A DNA stretch of 64,000 nt from an uncultured delta proteobacterium (GTDB lineage Bacteria > Myxococcota_A > Polyangia > Fen-1088), in assembly GCA_963767925.1 (NCBI GenBank), contig CAVYGB010000010.1, positions 1 to 64,000 on the forward strand. Direction: 5' to 3'. Below the pieces are notes generated by a model that did not search any database, was not told the DNA's origin, and was given only the letters and a program-made list of their open reading frames with translations. Shown here piece by piece: positions 12,378-23,266 of this stretch (positions within the stretch are counted from its first letter, which is position 1; the number at the start of each line of letters is the position of its first letter). The position numbers were made by a program, and so were the translations under genes.

Positions 12378-13904
12378 ATGCCGTCCTTGCTACAACGAGC
12401 GCAGCCGCGGGTGAAGTATCCGGTCGAGGTGCGCCTGTCGAGCCCCGGGCTCGATCACGTGGTGCTGGCCCACGCCATGAACCTCAGCAGCAACGGCATC
12501 CTCGTGCAGGCCCACGAGGCGCTGGAGGTGGGCACGCCGTTGACCTGCGAGATCCCGCTGCCCGGGGGCGCCCAGCGCATCGCCGGTTTGGTGGCGCGGG
12601 TGCAGCCGCTGCCGCTCATCCCGTCCGGCTGCGGCCTCGGCATCCGGTTCATGGAGCTCGACCCGGCGGTCGAGCAGATCCTGCGCGACCTGGTGCAGGC
12701 CGAAGAGCCGGTCTCCCGCCTGGCCCGGGTGCGGTTCGAGGGGGTCAAGGACCTGCTCCGCAGCCAGGCCTTCCCCACCGCCGACGGGATCCGGCTGGCG
12801 ACCGTCTTGCCCTTCCTGCGCACCGGATCCGAGGTGAGCGTCTCCTTCGTGTCGGGGTCCTCCCGGGTGCTCAGCCGGGGGCTGGTCCGGGACGTGACCT
12901 TCGAGCCCCGCCAGAGCGACGGCATCCCCCGCCTGGCGATCAACGTCCAGTTCCCGCGCGAGCGCGAGCCGGACTACGTCCCCATCGACGAGGGGGAGGA
13001 GGTCACGGCGGTGGACCGTCCCAAGGCCCTCGCCCGGGCCGCTGCCACCGCTGCCCCTGCCCGTGTGCGCGTCGATGCCGCGCCCGCGCCCGCCCGCCCG
13101 ACCCTCGACACCCGGGCCATCAACCCGCCCCGCTCGCGCCGGCCGCTGCGCCTGCGCGGACGCCCCCGGGGATCCGCCCCCGCCGCCCGGATCGCCGGCC
13201 GGAAGCTCCGCCCGGGCGCCCGTTCACCATCCCGGCTGGCGCGCCTGGGCCTGGTCGCCGTGGCCGGCCTGGGCCTTGTCGCCGCCGGCTCCCTCTTCGC
13301 CCACTGGACGGCCCGGCCCGGGAACGCCGCCCGCCCCACCTCCGCCGACACCCCCGCGCCTCCCACTCCCGCGGCCCCCCCCCTCCCCCCGCCCCCGGCG
13401 CCCGCGCCAGCCACCCCGGCGGCGTCCGCATCGCCGCCACCATCCCCCGCCCCGGCTGCCGCCCGGCCCGCGCCGGCCGAGACCGCATCTGCCCCTCCCG
13501 CCGACCCGGCTGCGCCCGCGCCCCCGGCCTTCCCCCACGATCCCACCACCGGGTTGCCGCCCCTGCCGCCCGGCACACCCGGCCCCACCATCACCGCCCC
13601 CGCTCCCGGCGAGATGAACGTCGAGGTCCCTTTCGCCGGGTCGGCCCAGGGCGCCGTCCATTACGCACTGGCACAACCGCGCGGCCTCGCCGTCACCTTG
13701 CCCAACGCCCGCTCGCTGCTCCCGATCGGGCGCCACGTCGTGGGCAACGCGGGGTTCCGGTACGTTTGGATCCGCCAGCCCGAGCAGGGCGGTATACAAG
13801 TGCGGTTCATGTTCGCCGAGCGCACCCCTGTGCTGCGCGCGCTCGAGGTGGCCGAGGGGGTCGTGCGGGTGCGCGTGGCGCCTCTTTCCGCGGAGTCACA
13901 ATAG
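12378..13904 (+). CDS. PilZ-domain bitopic membrane protein with Pro-rich linker and AMIN-like C-terminus
   Basis: RAQPR (RxxxR) and NLSSNG ([DN]xSxxG); [21 protein letters not shown]-terminal [14 protein letters not shown]. Confidence 0.75.
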   Translation: MPSLLQRAQPRVKYPVEVRLSSPGLDHVVLAHAMNLSSNGILVQAHEALEVGTPLTCEIPLPGGAQRIAGLVARVQPLPLIPSGCGLGIRFMELDPAVEQILRDLVQAEEPVSRLARVRFEGVKDLLRSQAFPTADGIRLATVLPFLRTGSEVSVSFVSGSSRVLSRGLVRDVTFEPRQSDGIPRLAINVQFPREREPDYVPIDEGEEVTAVDRPKALARAAATAAPARVRVDAAPAPARPTLDTRAINPPRSRRPLRLRGRPRGSAPAARIAGRKLRPGARSPSRLARLGLVAVAGLGLVAAGSLFAHWTARPGNAARPTSADTPAPPTPAAPPLPPPPAPAPATPAASASPPPSPAPAAARPAPAETASAPPADPAAPAPPAFPHDPTTGLPPLPPGTPGPTITAPAPGEMNVEVPFAGSAQGAVHYALAQPRGLAVTLPNARSLLPIGRHVVGNAGFRYVWIRQPEQGGIQVRFMFAERTPVLRALEVAEGVVRVRVAPLSAESQ

Positions 13905-13908
13905 ATCC

Positions 13909-15561
<1,653 letters not shown>

Positions 15562-15565
15562 GCGC

Positions 15566-15582
15566 GGGGGGGTCGCCCCCCC
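15566..15582. terminator. hairpin between convergent genes
   Basis: G7-TCG-C7 perfect stem between the fumarase stop and the opposite gene's stop; no U tract. Confidence 0.45.
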
Positions 15583-16224
15583 TCAGAACTCGCGGCCCAG
15601 CACGAAGGCCAGGGACCAGATGCGCGACAGGCCCGCGCGCGAGTCGTCCTGGGTGGCGGCCAGGTAGCGCAGGTCGATCGACAGCGGCTCGACCGAGGCG
15701 AACCAGCTCCGCCACTCGGCGTTGAGGGCGAGGGCGAACCCGCTCTGCAACCGGAAGAGGGCCTGGCTGGGCCCCGAGTCCTCCGACACGAACAGCACCT
15801 CGGCCCGCACCACCCGCAAGATCGGCTCGACCGCCAGGCGCAGCTCCTCGCCGAGGATCTGGATGGGGAAGCCCAGGGCCAGCAGGTCGAGGCGGAAGCC
15901 CCGCCGCGACACGTTCCCCTCCTGCTCCCAGTGGTGGGCGAAGGTGACGTGCTGGCGGATGGCCCGCGCCTCCCGGAACACGAAGCGCAGCCCGGCCGCG
16001 CTGGCCGACTGGCCAGGGTGGGCGAGCTGGCCGTCCTCGTCGAGCACGTGCATCGCCTCGAACCCCATCTGGAAAGAGGGGACCGGCGGTGGCACCTTCA
16101 CGCGGATCACCCGCTCGGGCGGCAGACCGCCCAGCCCGCCCGGCCCCTGCGCCCAGGCGGCGCTGCCCTGGGTGATCAGCCAGGCCAGCACCACGGCGGG
16201 CATCCACGCGCGCGCGACCCACAT
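15583..16224 (-). CDS. hypothetical secreted protein, possibly a small outer-membrane beta-barrel
   Basis: Signal peptide ending AWA-Q; alternating beta-strand pattern; C-terminal Phe (AFVLGREF). Confidence 0.6.
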   Translation of the reverse strand: MWVARAWMPAVVLAWLITQGSAAWAQGPGGLGGLPPERVIRVKVPPPVPSFQMGFEAMHVLDEDGQLAHPGQSASAAGLRFVFREARAIRQHVTFAHHWEQEGNVSRRGFRLDLLALGFPIQILGEELRLAVEPILRVVRAEVLFVSEDSGPSQALFRLQSGFALALNAEWRSWFASVEPLSIDLRYLAATQDDSRAGLSRIWSLAFVLGREF

Positions 16225-16344
16225 GTCGTGCACTATATACACGGCCTCGGGCCGCCGCGATTTCCCGGGCATCGCCGTCCGGGCCGCCGAGGCCTTGCAG
16301 GGGCCCCCGGCCACCTCCATACTGCCCCGCCAGAGGCAGGACCC

Positions 16345-16584
16345 ATGAACAAGGATCGGCAAGAGTACAACTTCGAGGTCGAGCTGGCGGGGCTGTACGC
16401 CGGAGGCGCACTCGGCGGCCTGTTCTTCGGGGCCCTGGGCGATCTCGTCAAATCCGAGATCAGCAGCATGGCCTGGTACGCCGGTGGCCTCCTGCTCGGC
16501 GCCGCGGCCGGCACCGTCGCTGCGGCGGTGTTCCGCCGGGTGGTGCCGCAAGACGACCCGCCCAGCGAAGGCGAGCTGGTCTAG
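16345..16584 (+). CDS. small two-TM membrane protein (79 aa)
   Basis: ATG after GAGGCAGGA; two Gly-rich hydrophobic helices. Confidence 0.6.
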   Translation: MNKDRQEYNFEVELAGLYAGGALGGLFFGALGDLVKSEISSMAWYAGGLLLGAAAGTVAAAVFRRVVPQDDPPSEGELV

Positions 16585-16614
16585 CCTCCGCTACCGCAGC
16601 TTCGGCGGTCGCGG

Positions 16615-18087
<1,473 letters not shown>

Positions 18088-18296
18088 ACCGCTTCATCGC
18101 CCGCGTGACTTCTGGACGTTACACCATGGCCTCGTCTCAGGCGACTGGAGGTCGGGGCCCAGGGGTCCCCGGCCCGTCCGGTCGCGCGCCGGGGTTGCCG
18201 CTGGGGCCAGACGCCGCATGATAGAAGGCGCGGCAGTCGGCTCCCTGCGCTATTTGCAGGGACGGTGCTATCCTTGAGCGTCACCAGGAGGAGACC

Positions 18297-18488
18297 ATGA
18301 CGAGCCTAATGGCCCGCGATCGAGAAGAGGCTAAGAAGAAGGGCTTGTTTGCCCTGGCATCCGCCGGTGGGGCTGGACTTCTGCTCACGCTGGGGTTTCC
18401 CATCCTCGGCACCGGCGCCGCCGCCGGCGCTGCCTACCTCACGTACAAGTGGTTCATGTTCCGCGCCAAGCGCGGCATGCGCTTCTGA
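18297..18488 (+). CDS. small membrane protein (63 aa)
   Basis: Strong AGGAGGA SD; hydrophobic core; basic C-terminus WFMFRAKRGMRF. Confidence 0.7.
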   Translation: MTSLMARDREEAKKKGLFALASAGGAGLLLTLGFPILGTGAAAGAAYLTYKWFMFRAKRGMRF

Positions 18489-18494
18489 GACCGC

Positions 18495-19100
18495 TCACGG
18501 ATTCATGAACAGGGGCGCCGGGGCGGCCGGTTCTGGCGCCGCCGCCGGAGCACCCGGGCTGGCCGCTGCCGCGGGTTTCGCCCGGATGGGCGCACGGATC
18601 GACAGGGGGAAGTGAACCGGGACCGACGCGCCCGCGAAGCTCGGTAGCCGCAGGCCTGCCGCCACGCCCGACACGCACTTCTCGGCGCCGGCCCCCCCGC
18701 CCGAGACCTTCAGGTTGGTCGCCTTGCCGCCCGGATCGGCGTCGAACGACACCGCCACGCTGATCGATCCCTCGCTGCCCTCGAAGCAGCCGGCGAGGGC
18801 GGGCATGGCCCCGTCCATCACCTTCTGCAAATCCTCGCGCTTGAGTCCGTTGGGATCGCCGTTGAGGGTCTCGACGGCCGGACGGGTGTCGGGGGCCGAT
18901 CGCCGCGCCGGCGCGACCCGGTCGGGGGCGAACGGGGTCGAGCTGGGCCAGGGGGTGTTGCGGGGGCGGGCCGGCTTGGCCGGCGCCGAGGCAATCGGCT
19001 GCGCCATGACCTGCCGGGGCAGCTCGGGCTGCTCCTGGACCTTGGTGCAGGCGCCCCCCGCGCACGCGAGCCAGAGCGCTGCCACCGCCGGACGTACCAT
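18495..19100 (-). CDS. lipoprotein with AgmX/PglI-type (TonB_C-like) C-terminal domain
   Basis: Lipobox-like GGA-C; C-terminal GL..EDLQKVM..AM.ALAGCFE..VAVSF..GG..EKCV..LRLP..VPVHFP matches the GltG C-terminus in this window. Confidence 0.65.
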   Translation of the reverse strand: MVRPAVAALWLACAGGACTKVQEQPELPRQVMAQPIASAPAKPARPRNTPWPSSTPFAPDRVAPARRSAPDTRPAVETLNGDPNGLKREDLQKVMDGAMPALAGCFEGSEGSISVAVSFDADPGGKATNLKVSGGGAGAEKCVSGVAAGLRLPSFAGASVPVHFPLSIRAPIRAKPAAAASPGAPAAAPEPAAPAPLFMNP

Positions 19101-19159
19101 GGGCCTCTCATCGGCGCCTTCCCCGCCGAACGTGAGGGCGGCCGTGGTACGGTTGCGCG

Positions 19160-20083
19160 ATGCGCATTGGCATCGATCTGGGCGGCACCAAGATCGAGGG
19201 GATCGCGCTGGCGGAAGACGGGACCGAGCGGGCGCGCTTCCGCATCCCCACGCCCCAGCACGACTACCCCGCCACCGTCGAGGCCCTGGCCGGGCTGGTC
19301 GAGCGGCTCGAGGAGACGACCGGCGAGCGGGGCACCGTCGGCGTGGGGATCCCCGGCGTCGTCTCGCCCGTCACCGGCCTGGTGAAGAACGCCAACAGCG
19401 TCTGGCTGATCGGCCACCCGCTCGATCGCGACCTCGGGCAGCGGCTGGGGCGAGACGTGCGCATCGCCAACGACGCCAACTGCTTCGCCCTGTCCGAGGC
19501 GGTGGACGGCGCGGGCGCCCGCGAGCGCCCGGGCCCCGGACCCCACGTCGTGTTCGGGGTCATCATCGGCACCGGGGTGGGCGGCGGCCTGGTCGTCGAC
19601 GGCAAGGTGCTGGTCGGCCCCAACGCCATCGCCGGCGAGTGGGGGCACAACCCCCTGCCCTGGCCCCGACCCGAGGAGTACCCGGGCCCGTCTTGTTACT
19701 GCGGCCGGGCCGGGTGCATCGAGACCTTCCTGTCGGGTCCCGGGCTGGCCCGCGATCACCAGGCCCAGGGGGGTGACCCGATCGACGCCTCGGCCATCGT
19801 GACCCGGGCCGCCGCCGGGGACGGACCGGCCAGCGCCGCCCTCTCGCGCTACGAGGACCGGATGTCGCGCGCTCTGGCCTCGATCCTCAACGTCGTCGAC
19901 CCCGACGTCGTGGTGCTGGGGGGCGGCCTCTCGAAGATCGATCGCCTGTACCGCAACGTCCCCGAGCTGTGGGTGCGCCACGCCTTCTCCGATGCCGTGC
20001 GCACGCCCTTGCGGCCGCCGCGCCACGGAGACTCGAGCGGCGTGCGGGGGGCGGCCTGGCTCTGGTCCCCGGACGCCCCATGA
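19160..20083 (+). CDS. mak: ROK family sugar kinase (manno/fructokinase)
   Basis: IGIDLGGTKIE, ANDANCFALSE, GTGVGGG, AGEWGH, CYCGRAGCIE, HGDSSGVRGAAWL. Confidence 0.88.
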   Translation: MRIGIDLGGTKIEGIALAEDGTERARFRIPTPQHDYPATVEALAGLVERLEETTGERGTVGVGIPGVVSPVTGLVKNANSVWLIGHPLDRDLGQRLGRDVRIANDANCFALSEAVDGAGARERPGPGPHVVFGVIIGTGVGGGLVVDGKVLVGPNAIAGEWGHNPLPWPRPEEYPGPSCYCGRAGCIETFLSGPGLARDHQAQGGDPIDASAIVTRAAAGDGPASAALSRYEDRMSRALASILNVVDPDVVVLGGGLSKIDRLYRNVPELWVRHAFSDAVRTPLRPPRHGDSSGVRGAAWLWSPDAP

Positions 20084-21117
20084 TCCAGGTCGACAACCTG
20101 TCGAAGACCTACCGGGTGCACAAGCGGCCACCCGGGCTGTGGCCGGCGGTGCGCTCGCTGTTCCGCCGCAACTTCGAGCCGGTGCACGCCCTCGTCGACG
20201 TGAGCTTCGCGATCGCCCGCGGCGAGCGGGTCGGTTTTCTCGGCCCCAACGGGGCGGGCAAGACCACCACGTTGAAGATCCTCTCGGGCCTGCTCTACCC
20301 CACGAGCGGCGAAGCCCGGGTGGCCGGCTTCGTCCCGCGCGAGCGCTCCCCCGACTTCCTGCGCACCATCACCCTCGTGATGGGGCAAAAGCAGCAGCTC
20401 CTGTGGGACCTGCCCCCTGCCGAGACCTTCGCCATGAACCGGGCCCTGTTCGACATCCCCCGGGCCGAGGCCGACGCCACCTTGAGCGAGCTGGTCGAGC
20501 TGCTCGAGATCGCCCCCCTCATCGGCAAGCCGACCCGCCAGCTCTCGCTGGGCGAACGCATGAAGTGCGAGCTGGCCGCCGCCCTGCTGCACCGGCCCCG
20601 GGTGCTGTTCCTCGACGAGCCCACCATCGGGCTCGACGTCTCGATGCAGGCCCGCATGCGCCAGTTCATCCGGGACTACAACCAGCGCCACGGCGCCACC
20701 GTCATCCTGACGAGCCACTACATGGAGGACGTGGCCGCCCTCTGCCCGCGCATCATCGTCATCGACAAGGGGCACCTGGTCTACGACGGTGACCTGCGCG
20801 AGCTGGCCCGGCGCATCCGCCCGGAGAAGCGGATCACCGTGCGATTGCTGGCCCCCGCCAGCCCCGAGGTGCTGGCCCGGGTGGGCAAGGTGGTCAAGAG
20901 CTCGGACACCGAGGCCGTGCTGGCGGTGCCCACCGCCCGGCTCAACGAGGCCCTGCGCGACCTGCTGGCCGCCCTGCCCTCCACCGACCTGTCGGTCGAA
21001 GATCCCCCGCTGGAGGAGGTCATGCGCGAGGTCTTCCAGCAGGGCCGCCAGCTCGGCGGCCCGGCCGCCAAACCCGAGGAGCCCCCGGCCGAGGCCCGGC
21101 CCTCCGGCGCGCCATGA
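20080..21117 (+). CDS. ABC transporter ATP-binding protein (ABC-2 type)
   Basis: GPNGAGKTT, LSLGERMK, LFLDEPTIGLD, TSH; ATGA overlap with ROK gene. Confidence 0.93.
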   Translation: MIQVDNLSKTYRVHKRPPGLWPAVRSLFRRNFEPVHALVDVSFAIARGERVGFLGPNGAGKTTTLKILSGLLYPTSGEARVAGFVPRERSPDFLRTITLVMGQKQQLLWDLPPAETFAMNRALFDIPRAEADATLSELVELLEIAPLIGKPTRQLSLGERMKCELAAALLHRPRVLFLDEPTIGLDVSMQARMRQFIRDYNQRHGATVILTSHYMEDVAALCPRIIVIDKGHLVYDGDLRELARRIRPEKRITVRLLAPASPEVLARVGKVVKSSDTEAVLAVPTARLNEALRDLLAALPSTDLSVEDPPLEEVMREVFQQGRQLGGPAAKPEEPPAEARPSGAP

Positions 21118-21917
21118 GCCTGCGACACGCGCTGCGCGCCTACCCGACCCTCATGCGGATCGGGTTCGCCGAGATGGTGGCCTACCGGGCGGAGTTCCTG
21201 GTCTGGATCCTCACCACCAACATGCCCCTGGTCATGATGGCCCTCTGGAACGCGGTGGCCTCCGAGGGGCCGGTGGGGCGCTTCGGGCAGCAGGAGCTCA
21301 ACACCTATTACCTGGCCACCCTGGTGGTCCGGATCATGACGAGCTCCTGGATGGTCTGGGAGCTGACCATGGACATCCGCCAGGGGCGGCTGGCCACCCG
21401 CCTGCTGCGCCCCCTGCACCCCCTGCTGGCCTACAGCGCCCAGCACCTGGCGGCGGTCCCCCTGCGCGCCCTGGTTGTCTCGCCGCTCATCGTGCTGGTC
21501 TTCGTGGTCAGCAAGGGGAACCTGGCCCTCACCGATCCGGTGATGCTGGGCATTTTTCTCGCCTCGCTGGCCGGGGCCTGGCTGCTGCTGTTCCTGACCA
21601 TGGTCCTGATCGGCAGCCTGGCCATGTTCGTCGACAGCGCCCTGTCGGTGTTCGAGCTGTGGCTGGGCATCCACTTCATCCTCTCGGGCTACCTCGTCCC
21701 GGTCGAGCTGCTGCCCGACTGGGCCAACCGGCTGGCCCACGTCCTGCCCTTCTGGTACATGCTCGGCTTCCCCATCGAGACCGCCGTCGGGCTGCTCGAC
21801 CGCGGCTCCGCCCTGGCCGCCCTGGGGGTGCAGTGGCTGTACGCCGCGCTGCTGCTGGTGCTGGCCCTGGGGGTGTGGCGGGCGGGCATGCGCCGCTTCG
21901 TGGCCTTCGGGGGCTGA
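21114..21917 (+). CDS. ABC-2 family permease (DUF990-like)
   Basis: ~6 TM segments; YRAEF, DIRQGRL..RLLRP, LSGYLVP. Confidence 0.88.
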   Translation: MSLRHALRAYPTLMRIGFAEMVAYRAEFLVWILTTNMPLVMMALWNAVASEGPVGRFGQQELNTYYLATLVVRIMTSSWMVWELTMDIRQGRLATRLLRPLHPLLAYSAQHLAAVPLRALVVSPLIVLVFVVSKGNLALTDPVMLGIFLASLAGAWLLLFLTMVLIGSLAMFVDSALSVFELWLGIHFILSGYLVPVELLPDWANRLAHVLPFWYMLGFPIETAVGLLDRGSALAALGVQWLYAALLLVLALGVWRAGMRRFVAFGG

Positions 21918-21919
21918 CC

Positions 21920-22729
21920 ATGAAGACGGCGCGGCGATACCTCCGGCTGCTGGCCCTGCAGGTGCGGATCTCGGCCTCCCTGGCCATGCAGTACCGCCTC
22001 GACTTCTTCTTCAAGGGGGCGATGGCGGTCTTCTGGCTGGGGGTCACCCTGGTCCCGCTGCTTGTCGTCTTCTCCAAGCGCCAGGCGGTGGCCGGCTGGA
22101 CCTGGCCCGAGGCGCTGGTGGTGCTGGGCTGGTTCTCGCTGCTGAAGGCGGTGCTCGAGGGGGGCGTCACCCCCAGCCTGACCGCGGTCGTCGAGGGGGT
22201 GCGCACCGGATCGCTCGACTTCGTCCTGCTCAAGCCGGCCGACGCCCAGTTCCTCGTCTCGACCGCCCGCTTCGAGCCCTGGCGGCTGATCGACCTGCTC
22301 GGCTCCCTGGGGCTGCTGACCTTCGCCTTTCACCGCCTGGGGCGCTGGCCCGACCTGGCCCACCTGGGGATGGCGGCGATCTTGCTCGTGGTGGCGGTGC
22401 TGCTGCTCTACTCGATCTGGATCCTGGTGGTCAGCGCCTCGTTCTGGGTGGTGCGGGTCGACAACCTCTCGTACCTGTTCCAGTCGCTCTTCGACGCCGG
22501 CCGCTGGCCCATCGACGTGTTCCGCGACGTGTTCCGCGGTGTGCTGCGCTTCGTCTTCACCGTGATCTTCCCGCTGGCCCTGCTGACCACCTACCCGGCC
22601 AAGGCCCTGCTCGGCAAGCTCACCGTACCGAACGCCGGCCTCGTCCTCCTCGGCGGCGTCGCCTTCGCCGGGGTGGCGCGCGCCGTCTGGAAGAAGGCCA
22701 TCGGCTATTACACCTCGGCCAGCAGCTAG
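21920..22729 (+). CDS. ABC-2 family permease (DUF990-like)
   Basis: MQYRLDF, VRTGSLDFVLLKPAD, GRWP, YTSASS end. Confidence 0.88.
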   Translation: MKTARRYLRLLALQVRISASLAMQYRLDFFFKGAMAVFWLGVTLVPLLVVFSKRQAVAGWTWPEALVVLGWFSLLKAVLEGGVTPSLTAVVEGVRTGSLDFVLLKPADAQFLVSTARFEPWRLIDLLGSLGLLTFAFHRLGRWPDLAHLGMAAILLVVAVLLLYSIWILVVSASFWVVRVDNLSYLFQSLFDAGRWPIDVFRDVFRGVLRFVFTVIFPLALLTTYPAKALLGKLTVPNAGLVLLGGVAFAGVARAVWKKAIGYYTSASS

Positions 22730-22748
22730 GAAGCGGCCGGTCGAGCGG

Positions 22749-23042
22749 CTAGCCCGACTTGATGGCGGTCGAGACGACCAGGAACAGCCCCAGCCCCACC
22801 CAGAGGATCCCGAAGGTCAGGTGGCGCTTGTAGCCGCCCCCCGACGATCGGGACCAGCCCCCGCCGGTGGACCCCGACCCGGCCTCCTGCTCGTCCAGCC
22901 CCTCCCCGTCCGTCTCCTCCGTCATTTCCGGCCGTGGCTTCTGCCGCCAGCCGAGGAACACCGCCCGCAGCGCGCCGAACACGATGAGGACGATCCCCAC
23001 CCCATAAAACAGCGCCGGCGGCAGCACGATGTCCATGCCCAT
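22749..23042 (-). CDS. small two-TM membrane protein
   Basis: Two hydrophobic helices flanking an acidic/Gly loop; coding-like GC3. Confidence 0.6.
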   Translation of the reverse strand: MGMDIVLPPALFYGVGIVLIVFGALRAVFLGWRQKPRPEMTEETDGEGLDEQEAGSGSTGGGWSRSSGGGYKRHLTFGILWVGLGLFLVVSTAIKSG

Positions 23043-23200
23043 TTACCTACCGCGATTTCTCCGCCCCGCAAATCCCCCCGGCCCGATCCGGCCAGGCCGC
23101 ACACCTTCGACCCCGAGAGCCCGCCCCCCCGAACGCTCCACTTTCTGCGTTCGGAGGCGGGCTCCGCCTGCCGGAGAGACATGTCACTTGCAGGTGCATG

Positions 23201-23238
23201 TCTCCTCTTCCCCCTGGGGAGAGGGCTCGGGCGAGGGG
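23201..23238. repeat. degenerate REP-like palindromic element
   Basis: TCTCCTCTTCCCCCTGGGGAGAGGGCTCGGGCGAGGGG resembles the CCCTCTCCC..GGGAGAGGG..GGGTGAGGG intergenic repeat class; single copy here. Confidence 0.45.
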
Positions 23239-23266
23239 TCGCGGTCCGCCGCGACCTCTTCCCCGC

